A stretch of 64,000 nt of DNA, from assembly GCA_010909165.1 (NCBI GenBank), contig MU008180.1:309884-373883 (forward strand), given 5' to 3'. A program made the position numbers and the translations under genes. This document shows positions 36,989 to 50,681 of this stretch, piece after piece (positions within the stretch are counted from its first letter, which is position 1; each line of letters begins with the position of its first letter). Under the pieces are notes generated by a model, which saw only the letters and a list, made by a program, of their open reading frames with translations, did not search any database and was not told the origin of the DNA. This DNA is from Anthoceros angustus (taxonomy: Eukaryota; Plantae; Anthocerotophyta).

Positions 36989-39410
36989 ATGCGCACCATC
37001 AAGGCCGCGCGAAACGAAACGTCTCAGTATCGTCTCAAGCTCCTTCCTCAGCATCTCCTTCTGCATTCTCTGCATCCATCGATTCGCTTGAAGCCGGAAT
37101 GGATATGGACGGTGCCGCAACTGCTGGGGCCAAAGGGATTGGGACTCGGCTGATGCTGCCGGGGAAATCCGATACACGCAGTCCAGGATTTCGACGGTCT
37201 TCTCAAGAGGAAAGGCTCTCCGCTTGCTCCACTTTGCGGGACTTGCTGGAGAGGCTTCGGCGTGGAGACTTGGCTGTGACAGACGTGTCCCCGATCCGTG
37301 TGGTGATGCACGAAGGCGTCCCCAGCCTGGACAACAGGAGGCTTTGGGTGTTCAAGGAGCTCAGGAAGCCCATTCCGGTGAAAGTCCTCTCCTTGGAGGA
37401 GTGCGGGAAGGAGTTCTTCCAAAAGTGGGACTCCAAATCCTCGGGGAACAGCGTGTCGCTCAACGAGGAGTGGGATCGGAAGGAGAAGTTTCACCCAACG
37501 CAGATGGTGAACCATATCCTGAGCTGGTCGCTGGAGAACGTGCAGACAAAGTGGCTGCACGTGAACAAGGTAGTGGTTTGGATTGGTGTAATGAGGTTGT
37601 GTGAAGTAGGAGAAACGGGTCTGATCATGCTGGTTTGAGGACTGAGTGTTGGGTTTGGTGTGCTGTGCACTCTGGGTGGCACAGGCAAAGCCGATTGACT
37701 CACGTTCGACTCCATGGAGCAGTATGTGACGGGCTTTAAGTGGCCTCTGCTGGAGGAGACAAGGGCGCCATTCAACAGCAGCTGGAGGAAATGGAGCCGC
37801 GCCCGATTCCATGTCTCGGGCCGACAACTCGCGATCGGACATGCTGCTGGTAGTCATGACGCTCGATTGAAAACACTTGAGCTCGAGGTGTCAGGAGGGA
37901 CTTACCAACCCAGAAGCAACGATCTGGTTCTGTTCTCAACAGTAGACCCAAAGGGTCTTCATGCCCTTCATAGGGCGTCCCACATGTTTGGCTTCCTTAG
38001 GCGTAAGGTGAGCAAGCTTGGAGGCTGTCAAGGTAACTTGCATTTCAAGACTGTAGTATATGCACCGGATGAGAGTCCGGAGTATGCTGCTCTGCGGGAT
38101 GGCAAGGCAACATGGACCATTCTCCACATCACCAACTTAGCTACGACTATTAGGATTTGGGACAGTTTGGAGCTACTGTATCGTAATTCTAAATCTGAAG
38201 TACTTGCATTACCAGTACTGCAAGATATTCTCCAGGCGGACTATAACTGCTCGGTATGCTTTACACCGTATGGGATAATCTCGTGGTGGTTCTGAAGTCT
38301 GGAGGTCATTCTATTTTCTTATCACATGAACTTACATTACTGTTATCATGGCTCACTGCAGTTTGTTATCAGCTTGCAGACAACCTGATCATGTTCGGAT
38401 GGAAATTTGGTTTGATGTTTTGTGCACAGGTGCCCAGGTGCCAACATATGGCTTTTGATGAAGTAGAGCTGCCACTCAGGAAATACTGTGAGGATGTCAG
38501 AGCCATGAATCAGTCCCAAGTGGAAGCAGTCGTAGATGCAGTGTCTGGACTTGTGAACCGAGTTGGACCACGAGTAAGACTGATCCAAGGTCCGCCAGGG
38601 ACGGGGAAGACTACCCTGCTGGTATCTCTGCTGTCTATACTTTCCAGCATGAACTACAGAGTCCACATGTCTGCACCAACCAACACAGCCATTTGTGAGG
38701 TTGCTTCCAGGTTTGTGTCACAGATGTTGGTCTCTAAGCACAACAATGTCCAGTTTGGTGCTTGTTTCCCGGATTTGAGGATTCGTGGACGCGAAGGAAG
38801 CAGGATGTTGAATTTGGGAGACGTAGTGCTTATTGGGCGCGAGGAGGCAATAGACCTCAAGACCCACAAAGTGCTGGAATATATTTATCTGCCCTGCATA
38901 GCAAACACATTGAAGGAATCAGCTTTGTGTTTTGTCACTGCCTATAAGAAATGTGCCGAGGCGCTCAGAAAATTCCTGCAGTGTGCGTTAGGAGAGTATG
39001 TGAGGCATTCCAAAGTTTTAGCGGCCGCTCACAACAGGGAAGAGTCACGACCATTAGCCACTTTCGTGAGGAAGAATTTGGAGGTCCTGATTTCGTCTAT
39101 GGTCCACCATGGTCATATCATGTGCCAGGACGTCTCAAGTGTTTTTCTCAGCTCTCAAACAAAGAAGGGCGCCCGTCATATTGTAGTCCTCAGAGAGAAA
39201 CTTCTTGGGTATTTCGATTTGCATGATCTTTCTCATGAACACATAAGCATATGGCTGTCCGAAACACACGCCGAATTTTACTCATTCTGGACTCCTGTAG
39301 ACTGCCGAGTTATAGTATGCTTGCAGGACAACAAAGAAGCGAAGTGGTCTGCCACTTTTCTGGAGGAGTCGACTGTGGCGCAACGCAACCTGGGAGCGGA
39401 GGACTTGTGA
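36989..39410 (+). CDS. ParB/Srx-like + Upf1-like helicase N-half, copy 2
   Basis: ORFs 37099-37638, 37714-38295 and 38256-39410 with an intact Walker A (QGPPGTGKT); same intron positions. Confidence 0.75.
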
Positions 39411-40406
39411 GAAAAGTGACGCAAACACAGGCGCGTGAGGCCAGGAAAGTTTGTTGTGAAAAGGCGCGCTAGGTGGTGGTTGAGCTGAGAATTGTGAAGG
39501 CATGGCAAGTTGGAGAGGAGCTAGGGGCGAGAGATTGCTGAGGAAGAGGAGCTGTCTTTTGGCAAGTGTTGGCGGGGAGTTTGTGGGGTTTTGTTCCAGC
39601 CTGAGGAAGGGAGCCCTCTTGATTAACGACCTTGGTGCCTTTTCTTTGCTCACTCTTCCTCTCTAGCCGCCTGATAGGTTGCTCTCCCCTACCCTCCCAA
39701 ATTCCATCCTTGTGTGTGCTCCTTTTGTGCAGATGGTGAGGATTGTTAGGACGGGTGATGGCACCCCAACTCAAGGCGATAGCAGAAAGGCAGTGCCGCC
39801 CACACCTCCCAGTCGAGGCAAAGGCAAAAAGCATCGATCCCATGCCTGAGTTCGACTACCGCCCCATCCAAATTTCACCTCGAGACTTGAATGCTTTCGA
39901 GCGGTACGCGGAGGAATTGAAGATGGAGTGGTTGTATTTGGCACCTGGATGGCACTTTTCAAGCCCAAAGATTGGTGCAGTGTGCACGACGGCCAGCCAG
40001 AGAGGAGAAGCAAGGACACAAGATGTCATAGTCCCGAGTCACCTGAACGTGGAAGGTGCGCCATTTTCAATGACATATTTCATACCCGAGGCGCACTAGG
40101 AGGGATCATCCCAGCGGCTCAGTTTTCTAAGAATCAGATCCCGGCTACCATGGATATGTTCCTACGACCCAAGAAGGAAGTTTGGTCTCCTGGTAATGGT
40201 TGGCGAGTTTCCATGTTCAAAGAAAAGGAAGTGGAACCTGTTCTCCAAGATTTGGTTGGGATTGATTTGCGCCGCCAGGAAGACCTACATAAGCAATTCC
40301 CACCTCATGATGATCTATGAAATGTCCAAGGGCAAGCTGGCAGATTGGGCGAGCATCCTCTATGAGCAAGCGGTAGCTCATAGGAATCATTTGATGAGTG
40401 AGGAGG

Positions 40407-40616
40407 TGTCACGGATAAGGTTTGATAGCGCTTAGTCTTCCGCAATTAGAGGCTGGATAATCCGCTGTTTGCTGTGATCACGGCTAGGCTACCACCACAA
40501 TCTGTGGCATGTACTACAAGCTGCATAAAAGCCCGGCTCCCTTACTAGTAGACATGTCTCTCTTGGTACAAGTGTACTCCCCTACCGCTCCCTATTTGCG
40601 AAGTCCGCTCATGACA
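40407..40616 (+). repeat. 5' LTR (210 bp)
   Basis: tgtcacggataagg...ctcatgaca; matches 45930-46147. Confidence 0.95.
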
Positions 40617-40715
40617 AAGTATCGAGGCACAGTCGATCGGTGCAACCGATCATGGCCTTGGGCTTAGGGTAGGAATGTTCTAACGCGTTTATTGTGTGTC
40701 ATTAGAAGGTCCGCC

Positions 40716-41697
40716 ATGGAAGAAGCTGGTCTCGACCCTACCCGACTAGCTCGGATGCTTGCCGAAGCTCACCATGAGCTTAGGCAGTCCGAGATGCGCT
40801 GTGCGGAGAGAGATGCCTGTGTAGCTCAGTTGGAGGCTGCGGCCGTGCAAGCTGCAGCACCCAGTCTGCAGTGGCTGAGGCTACAGCTGTTGCAGCGGCT
40901 CAACGGCAGGCACAAGGGACAACGATTGGGTCGAAGATCTCCAAGCCTGATAATTTTGAAGGCAAGGGGGACCCGGTGGAGGTTGAACTCTGGATCCATC
41001 AAGTGAAGACGTATGTTCAGCTAAGCAAGACTGAGCCGGGGCAAGAGATACAGACGGCAGCTACATACTTGAAGGGGGCGGCTTTGTTGTGGTGCGATTG
41101 CCGGTCGATTTGCAGGAGGCGGCGTGGCGCCTCGGACTCGGCGAGTTCTTACTGGTCCATCCAATTTGTACCCTTGGAAGCAAGACAAGTTGCTCGAGAG
41201 AAGCTAGCTCGATTGACGGAACCAGTTCAGCATACACTCATGAGTTTGCATGATCAATCATGAGCCTTCCCGGCATCACGAATGAAGAGAAACTAGACAA
41301 GTATTCTCGAGGTTTGAGACATGCCGTTCGTAAGGACGTTGTTCTAAGGCGGTGTCACACATTCGAGGAAGCAGTTCAGATTGCGGAGTCCGCTGATGCT
41401 TTGTACCATGAATTTAGAGGTTGGTATAAGCCACGAAATTCCGGGGGCTTGGGATCTGGAGATGGACCAGCCCCTATGGAACTTGGGGAAGCACAAGCGT
41501 TTTCAGGTCAGTGTTATACTTGTAATGGGTGGGGTCATCGTGCCAGAGATTGTCCGCAACGATTAGCTCGAGGCCAAGGTGGTCGGGGACGGGGACGACT
41601 GCAGGCTGCTGGAGCACGAGTTCCTCCTGCTGCTCGGCAGTTCAACGAGGTGCAAAGGGTTGAAGGTGCGGGAAACGAGCCTACCCAGCAGTCTTAG
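40716..41697 (+). CDS. gag: Gag (frameshifted) with CCHC zinc knuckle
   Basis: KISKPDNFEG, AATYLKGAALLW, GDGPAPMELG and CYTCNGWGHRARDC. Confidence 0.9.
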
Positions 41698-41809
41698 GGG
41701 AACGTCTGGGCTAGGGCAGCCTCCTGGTGATACTCATGTGGTGAGTACCCACCGAAGCCCACGAACACGAGAGTTGTTCACTTTGAGGGCAGGTAAACAG
41801 TCAGCATTG

Positions 41810-44430
41810 TCGCATTTTGCTTGACTGTGGCGCTAACACCAATTTTATGGCCAGGACCTTTGCCCAGCGGTGGGGATTGGATACCGGTCGAGGTTGTGGA
41901 GCAGTGCATCTGGCAGACAGGCGTGTGCAACATCGGGCGACATTGAGTCGTGTGGTTAATTTACGGTTAGGAGCTCATTGTGAGCAGGTTTGTTTTACCA
42001 TTACACACTTAGGGAATGGTCATGACCTCATTTTAGGGATGCCGTGGCTCGAGGATCGGGAGCCCGCAATAACTTGGCGTGGGGAAGCTCACCGTAGTCC
42101 GTGGTCGACGTCTAGTTGTCCGGGGTGGGCTTGAGCCAGAGTCAGTCCAACAAGTCTTATCTGCATGATGGTTCGTGATATGAGATGCCAAAATGTGCCT
42201 CCTTTTGTGTGTTATTAAGGAGCGACTTTGTCCAACTCGACCCGATCGATTCTGAGCACGAGCATGATAAGCCCTTGCAGCGTATTGGAGTTTAATGATG
42301 TTACGGTAGACAGTTTGCCACCATGATTACCCCCATCTCGTGATGTTGATCACCGTATTGAATTTTTGCCAGTACTCATAAGCCCCCATATATCGTGTCG
42401 ATGTCCCCACTAGAAATTGAGGAGTCGTCTTGCCAGGTTGAGGAGTTGCTAGAGAAGGGCCATATCGACGTACTTCCCCTCTGATATTATTCTCGCGAAA
42501 GAAAAACGGTAAGCTTCGTATGTGCATTGACTACCGAGGCCTTAATTCATTGACTAAGCGGAACACTTTTCCTCTACCTTGTATTGATGAGCTTTTGGAG
42601 GGATTTGCTAGTGCTCGGTACTTCACCAGACTAGATCTAGCAAGTGGATATCATCAGATTCGTATTGCTGCAGGGGATGAGGAGAAAACTGCATTTAATA
42701 CACGGTACGGCCACTATGAGTGGCTGGTTATGTCGTTCGGGATGACAAATGCGCCAGCATCCTTCCAAACTCTTATGAATAATGTGTTTCATGGCATGAT
42801 CAATCGAGGGCTGCTTGTTTATCTCGATGATATTCTCATCTATGGAGCTACCCGTGAGGAGCATAACCAACGCTTAAGAGAAGCGTTGCGACGGCTGCGA
42901 GCTCATCATCTCTATGTCCAAGCTCCGAAGTGTGAATTCTTGCAAGAACGCTTGGAGTACTTAGGGCACATTATTGATGCTGAAGGTATCCGTGTAGACC
43001 CCGCTAAGATTCAGTCATTAGGGCCGATTCTCGGCAAGTACACGATGCGTGAAACTTCCTCGGTCTTGCATCATATTACCGTAAGTTTGTTTCACGGTTT
43101 GCTCATGGCTGCCCCTCACCCGCTTCCGGCTGTGCTTGGACTTGGGTCTGCTCAAGATAATGCTTTTCATGCTATCCAGATCGCTTTGGAGCCCTGTTGG
43201 CATACCCAAATCCGGCCTCCTTTATTGTTACGATGCCTCAACCTTGCCATCGGTGCGGTCCTTCAACAAGACCAAGGCCAAGGCCGCCAGCCGATTGCTT
43301 ACTTCTCGCGAAAGTTGAAGGGTGCCGAGTTGAATTGGACAACCAGTGAAAAGGAGACTTTAGCTCAGGTCTTGGCTTTAAAGACATGGCGCTGTTTTTT
43401 GGAAGGTGCCCCTTTCGAGCTTGAGACGGATCATTGCCCTCTTATTTATCTCCAAACGCAGCCCGCTCTCTCTCGCAAGCAAGCCCGATGGCTTGAGTTG
43501 CTTCAGGTACCATAATCCGCTATGTCGGTCGTCTTGATTGCGATGCTTTGGCGGGGATTCGAGACTCATCGCACTTTACGAGGTGCATTCAACCCGGCGG
43601 GGATGAGATTATCGGAGCTCTCATACAGGATGCCGATGCCCACTCTGCTTTGCAAGCCCTTGGGTTCCCAGCTGGCGGGATGGTCTTCTTTGGTATCGGC
43701 ACGCTCTTCATCCCTCGTTCCCCATATCCGCTTGCTTTGATTTGAAGCCCTGACGTTCCATCTGCAGTCATCAAGGTATAAGTCGACTACTTCCACTCTC
43801 GATCGGCTCTATTTTGGCCTCAACTCAACCAGACGTTGATTATGTCCTCCTCTGTAACTTATGCCGGTAAACAAAGCTTGTCACCAACGTTGCTACCGCT
43901 CCAACCCTTGTCCCTTTATTGCCTTGGGAGCAAGTCACACTTGACTTTATAACGGATTGCCTCGCACCTCTGGCTTTGATGCATTCTTTGGTATTCACGG
44001 ATAAGCTTACCGTCAAGTGCTCCTTGCCCCCCTACCGAGACATGCTCTGCTGAGCAAACTGCTGACTTATTTTTGAAAGTGGTTTATCGTGCCCATGGCC
44101 TCCTCGCTCTTGTGGCCGTGATTCAGTTTACTTCCCGCCGGCAAGCGGTTCACCGTGGTCTTGGCACCAAGCTCGTATGTCTCGCCTTTCATCCTCAGAC
44201 CAATGGTGCTACGGAGCGAGCTAATCAAGTTTTAGAGGATATTCTCCGTGCTTATGCAGGCGTGCACCAAGCTCGGTGGCCGGACTTTCTCCACCTCGTT
44301 GAGTTTGCCTACAACAACGCCCCTAATGCCTCAACCCGAGTTACTCCATTCTTGTTCAACAAAGGTTTTCACCCTCGCACGTTGCTTTCTACTTCCTTGC
44401 CTTCTGCTGCTTGTGTCCTGCTGTAGATTT
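41810..44430 (+). CDS. pol: Pol: protease, RT, RNase H and integrase (frameshifted)
   Basis: LDCGANTNF (protease); MCIDYRGLN, RLDLASGYHQIRI, YLDDILIY (RT); IAYFSRKL, ETDHCPL (RNase H); FHPQTNGATERANQVLE (integrase). Confidence 0.92.
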
Positions 44431-44974
44431 CCTCACCCAACGTGTCCAGATTCGTATGAGCTCGTCAGTTACCCATGAAGCCCAAAACCGCTAAGCCCGA
44501 TCGCCAATCATCGTCGTCCTCCTCAAGAATTTGCATTGGTACCTATGTCCTTCTATGCCGAAATTTGTCCCTTCACAGGATTCGTAAGATTTCCCCTCGT
44601 TTGTTGGTCCTTCTGTATCCTCCGCCGCATTGGCCCTGTGGCCTATGAGCTTGCCCTTCCCCCTGAATCTCGCATTCACCCTGTCTTTCATGTTTCCTTG
44701 CTAAAACTTTATCACGGCTCCCCACCTTCTGTCCCCGATAGATATGCAGCAGCGGTGATGAAGTGGAGAGCCTTCTCCGACACCGATGTGTTCGCCGTCG
44801 GTATGAATTTTTAGTGCTGTGGAAAGGTTTTCCCATTAGCGATGCCTCTTGGGAACCCCTTGCCAACCTTTCTCGTTCTCGACCTTCTTCGTGTCTATGC
44901 TCGTGATCATCACCTACATCCTCCGGCCGAGGACGAAGCCTCTTCCCCGGTGAGTTGTCACGGATAAGGTTTGA

Positions 44975-45929
44975 TAAGCTTACCGTCAAGTGCTCCTTGC
45001 CCCCACTCGAGACATGCTCTGTGAGCAAGCTGCGACTTATTTTTGAAAGTGGTTTATCGTGCCCATGGCCTCCTCGCTCTCTTGTCGTGGCCGTGATTCA
45101 GTTTACTTCCGCTCGGCAAGCGGTTCACCGTGGTCTTGGCACCAAGCTCTGTATGTCTACTGCCTTTCATCCTCAGACCGATGGTGCTACAGAGCGAGCT
45201 AATCAAGTTTTAGAGGATATTCTCCGTGCTTATGCAGGCGTGCACCAAGCTCGGTGGCCGGACTTTCTCCACCTGAGTTTGCCTACAACAACGCCCCTAA
45301 TGCCTCAACCCGAGTTACTCCATTCTTGTTCAACAAAGGTTTTCACCCTACGTTGCTTTCTACTTCCTTGCCTTCTGCTTGTGTCCTCGCTGTAGATTTC
45401 CTCACCCAACGTGTCAGATTCGAAGCTCGTCGGTTACCCATGAAGCCATGTAAGATCGCAATCATCGTCGTCGTCCTCAAGAATTTGCGTTGGTACCTAT
45501 GTCCTTCTACGCGAAATTTGTCCCTTCACAGGATTCGTAAGATTTCCCCTCGTTTTGTTGGTCCTTACCGTATCCTCCGTCGCATTGGCCCTGTGGCCTA
45601 TGAGCTTGCCCTTCCCCCTGAATCTCGCATTCACCCTGTCTTTCATGTTTCCTTGCTAAAACTTTATCACGGCTCCCCACCTTCTGTCCCAGCCCCGATA
45701 GATACCTGTGACGGTCCCGCGTATGAAGTGGAGAGCCTTCTCCGACACCGATGTGTTCGCCGTCGGTATGAATTTTTAGTGCTGTGGAAAGGTTTTCCCA
45801 TTAGCGATGCCTCTTGGGAACCCCTTGCCAACCTTTCTCGTTCTCCTGACCTTCTTCGTGTCTATGCTCGTGATCATCACCTACATCCTCCCGGCTTCGA
45901 GGACGAAGCCTCTTCCCCCCGGGGTGAGT
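44975..45929 (+). CDS. Second copy of the integrase C-terminus plus chromodomain
   Basis: [25 protein letters not shown] (GPY/F region) and [32 protein letters not shown] (chromodomain); duplicates ~43996-44955. Confidence 0.9.
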
Positions 45930-46147
45930 TGTCACGGATAAGGTTTGATAGCGCTTAGTCTTCCGCAATTAGAGGCTGGATAATCCGCTGTTTGCTGTGA
46001 TCACGGCTAGGCTACCACCACAATCTGTGGCATGTACTACGCAAGCCCGTGCATAAAAGCCCGGCTCCCTTACTAGTAGACATAGTCTCTCTTGGTACAA
46101 GTGTACTCCCCTACTCGCTCCCTATTTGCGAAGTCCGGCTCATGACA
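45930..46147 (+). repeat. 3' LTR (218 bp)
   Basis: Preceded by ggggtgag; ends catgaca followed by the TSD ggagg. Confidence 0.95.
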
Positions 46148-47367
46148 GGAGGCCAAAATTAGTTTTGTCTCCACCTTCCTAGTGCATCTATACCATAGGG
46201 AGGAACTTCTTAAGGAGGAGGAACTGGAGGAAGCTAAGACAGAAGCTTCCTTGGTCCGAGTGGTGGCGTCCCCTCTTAACCGGTTTCTGCTTTCTCTTGT
46301 CGATTTCACCTTAGGATCACTGTGTGCTTGTTGCTTGTTGGCATCTTGCAGGCACTACCGTCGACTCGTTTTAAGCAACCTATCGGGAGCTTCCTAACCC
46401 AAGAGCGCTCACGTTGTGGTAATCTCGGGGCTGCCGCCCAAGTGAAAATCCATCGATTTCGGTCCTCTAAACGCGTTGGTGCTGCAAGAGCGACTTGAGA
46501 GGTTGTTAAGAATAGATCTAGTGGATGGTTGTGGAAGAAGGTATGAGATTGAGTTATTGGGTTCTCCCTCGTTGTAGTGTTTTTCGTGGTCTTAGAAGTT
46601 AGGGGAACTGGAAGGCTCAAGTTGGGGCCGTGGGCGGAAACCCAAAACCCATATTCGGTGAGGCAATTTATGACAAAGAAGGAATTGTGAGAGAGCAAGA
46701 ATCGACCCCTCAGGATAAGCATATCCAGCCAAGTCTCTTGGAATCGAACCCACGTATTCGACGACTGTGGGACAAGTATGGCCACAGGGGCTAGCTCTGG
46801 GTGATCGGGGCGAACCTACCACAGAGAGTGAGAATCGACCCCTCAGGGATAAGCGCATCCAAACAAGTCTCTTGGGATCAAACCCACGTATTCGATGACC
46901 ACCGTGGGATAAGTGTGGCCACTGGGGCTAGCTCGGGGTGACGGGGCGAATCCACCACAACACATCTCGCAGATCGCAAATCCAGCACTACATGCACGAT
47001 GAACCGTACTTGAATCGATATCACCTTTTTTTTTTTCTTGTGTTATTTCTCATAGATCAAATAGTACCTATTGATTTGTTTCTAGAGGATCACTTCGAGC
47101 TTCACACGGTTTCTAGGTATGCCTCAAGTTACCGCCCTATCAAAAAGCCTCGAAACTTCATGAGGGAACTTCCGACGGTTGGCCCCTCCGTTGCATCCGA
47201 TTGAGGAGTCCCTCCAGCACAAGACTTAATAGCCTTCTCAACCATAGTTTTGCTGATCTAGTCGGCCACGAGGACCATAGATGTTATGGCAACAAATATG
47301 TGATATCATTCGACATATTCATGTCCAAAGAACTCAAATTTCTTGTGGGCGCAAGGACCGATCCTCG

Positions 47368-48661
47368 AGCTTGTACTCCGCTTGAGTTGCCACGTGCCAT
47401 AGTTCTTTCCGTCGAGTTGTATTCGCACGCACTTTGCAAAATTTTCTTCACGAGATCCCGCTTGAATGAGACAAACTTCATTCATGTGAGAACGCTAGGA
47501 TGCCAATCATATTGCAGCAGCTCTAGACTGAATATGGATTCATATGCATGACACTATACGCTACACGATCAACCTCCGACAAGGTCCTTCAATTTCCAAT
47601 AAGGATTAACAAGCAGTTGAAAACTTCCTCTTCTACCTCCATGGAATCTCTGCGCATCCTCCTCCTTGGTTTTGGAAGCTCTTGGCTCCTCTTCTTACCC
47701 TCACCGATGAGCATATGCTCGTTAAGATGATTGGTTACGACGATGATGCATAGATAGTGGTGCATAGAAGTGCGGTATAAATTATTGGGAGTCGGGAAAG
47801 ACAGACAGAACCGTACTGTCCATTAAGCTCATTTAAGTCATAACCTCGAGCTATCGGATCATTCCTCGACTGAGACCGACAACTTTAACATGTATGGACT
47901 AGCAATCGTGGCAAAGGTGAAGGAGGTCTCCAATTGCTACAAGCTATACACCTTTGAAGTTTTCTAACGCGGCGTTCCTCTCCCTCTCCCAAGCTGCGCC
48001 ATACACGTGCAAATCGCTCACGCCATCATAGCGCGCATGTGGAATATGTCCTTCATCGCTCCCTCCTGCAAGCGTACGCATAGGGTATGCACGCGTCATG
48101 TTCAAGAAAGGCTGCTTTTACCTCACCTCAATTGCAACACGGCCCGAAAGTTGCATGCAACCACCACGCCACCAAGACGCCTGTACCAACCAACAACGTT
48201 AACCACAAATCGCCATACCCTATGCTAGCAATTACCGTCGGTGCCACGGAAAATGACAACATCGATGGGAGATACTCGGATCGATTGACCAGCGCATACG
48301 TGGTTGGTGACGCCCATCCTTCCGGCACCGTTAAGGTGTACTTGCACAAGCATGGCAAGACAAAGTGAGCTCATCAATCCTCCCGTAGTCTACTCATCGC
48401 CTCTATCAACAACCCTAGTGAACCTAGGGCCGGAGAAGGCGATGTGGCGTTGCCATGGTATGACTGTGGAGGAGCCGTAGGCTGTGCAGATCAATCGCGA
48501 CGGTCATGATACCTGTGGCTCCTGCGATCCTGCACGTAGCTTCTCCATCGCCGCCAAGTCGGGTGAAATTTTGAGCAACATATGTTCTTCCCGGACCTTG
48601 TAGTATCCAGCATGTTTGCTGGCCGGAAAATCGAATCATCGTCGCTGCTCACATAGGCCAT
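47368..48661 (-). pseudogene. RAP30: TFIIF beta paralog A, array copy 3
   Basis: Colinear with A0; shared frameshifts. Confidence 0.75.
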
Positions 48662-50681
48662 GTTGTCACACTCACGCTATTGAGGGCTCATGGTGACTAG
48701 GCAACAATTAAAGGGTTTAATCGCTTTCTCCCTCAAGCCGGGATTTCAAGCATATATAGACCGGCCGGGGTATAGCCTCGAATCGTAATCTCAGGACAAA
48801 CTCATATACGGTTGTAGTTATCGAGATTAATATCGTATTCAAAGCGAATGAACCCAAATGCATATTTTGCGCATCGGAGCTAGCTCTTGGACCTCGGGCG
48901 ACGCACTCATATTAATGAATGAATGCCCGACATTCATTTGCATCTGCAAGCGAGATCATCTCAGTGCTTTTACTCTCCAAGAGATGCATCCATGCGGCAG
49001 CAGTATCGCCTTTTCTGTCTGCAAATTCTGCTCAATCGCGAACGGCGAACACAACGGAATAGAGATTGTCGGGCCGGAGAGCGCCCGTTAGTCAGTCACT
49101 GCTCATTATGATTACGCTTTGTGGCAGGGTAGAAACAATGGCCTGGGAAGCTTGTGCTGGACCTGCTTTATGAATGCATCATGTGGGGCTGTACGTGTGC
49201 AGGAAACCAAGGCTGGGCAGCCCCAAAGTTGAAGGACGCAGTGCTGACCAATTCAAAACTGTGTGAATGCAAAGGAGGTACAGCCAAGGATGCATAAGCA
49301 TGCTGTCTTTATTGTGTTGTTTCAGGTTTGCTGCTACAATTAAGTTTCATCAGATCCCTCTTGGTTGTGGCCCGGCCCATAAACTTGTATGCCTTGTGTT
49401 TGGCTAACTGTAGCTGGTAGTCACGATGCGCACCATGCACCAGAAGTGCCGGCTTGTGCATACCGACCTCAGCAAATAAACGTTTTGTACCTTGAGGTGA
49501 GCTCTCGCGTGCATTCATGAAAGCCAAATTAATGTGGGAATTGAGTGTGGCTCAAGTGAGCCTTACTAGATGAATCCCAATCACCGAAGATGGAATGGAG
49601 CTGGACACCAATCTGTTGCCCAAACATGTCCGTCGAAACATCTCCACATCTGGTTCAGTCCAAGCATACGGCCCTGTACTTACGAAGGGCTTTCTCCTTC
49701 CTACCACCTGCCCTGCTGGGAATACCCCGCCATCATGGCATTCCAAGTCAGCCGGTGCCTGCACGGCTCCCTCTGCTGTGCAGGAACACGCAGATAGCAT
49801 CCGGCAGGAGTCCGGCTCCAACACCGGCGTCCGTCACGGCTACGAGGAAGGCGTTCAGATCCGGTGTTCCGAATGGTGGTATCGCTGGGGATGCTGCAGA
49901 ATCCCTGATGCAGGTTGGCATGTTTCTGTGGCGGCGTTGGCGACCAAAGGCTTCAATCAATGCCTGGCGAGATTCCTATCATGGGACCTCGGACAGTTGC
50001 AAAAATATTACAGTACTAACATTACAGTACTAACATTGAACAGAAGTATGATCCTGTTACAGCAGATGATTCGCATCGATCACCCAGTCACCGGCCTTGT
50101 GAATCTTGCCTGGGATTTACGTTGTTCAAGGCTTTCATGGTGTTGACAAAGAAATCCAGGTGACATTATCATCTTCTCCACGATCGTCACTCGCGCGTGC
50201 ACCTTGCCATTGGGAAGCTTGAATCTCCGTCAGCTCGCTGATCATGACGAACGCCCGCGTTGGAGGAGCGAACGTTGACGATCCGCCCGGTGGACAGGTA
50301 ACAGACTCTATGCCCAAGTGAACCGCACTGGAAGCAGGCGGTGTCATCCACCTTGGCGATGACGATCCCGTGGTTGTCGAGGAAGGAGTGATTTGTGGGT
50401 GCCCCTGTGTTGCGTTGCGTTCCACTGCTCGATCATTCCCTTTGCAAAATAGGTCCGCGTTCAAGAAAAGGAGCTGCACACAGCTATTGAATGATGTGGT
50501 CCAATCTCCTCAAGCTTAAGGAAACGGAGGGAAAATGACGTGTAATAAATCCTGTAAAGGAAACACCCTACCACTCAAACCTCACTGACTGCCTCAAAAC
50601 GCCTCCCTTACGCTGTACATGCATGGTGGGGAGAGATCCTCCTTCCGGCCTTGGGAAAATGCTCCCACAAGGACCGACTGA

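Larger units (their letters stand above)
40407..46147 (+). mobile_element. Full-length Ty3/gypsy chromovirus LTR retrotransposon with 5-bp TSD GGAGG
   Basis: TGTCA...TGACA LTRs; TSD at 40402-40406 and 46148-46152; gag-PR-RT-RH-IN-chromo order. Homologous empty sites exist at 20684, 21386 and 56807. Confidence 0.97.
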
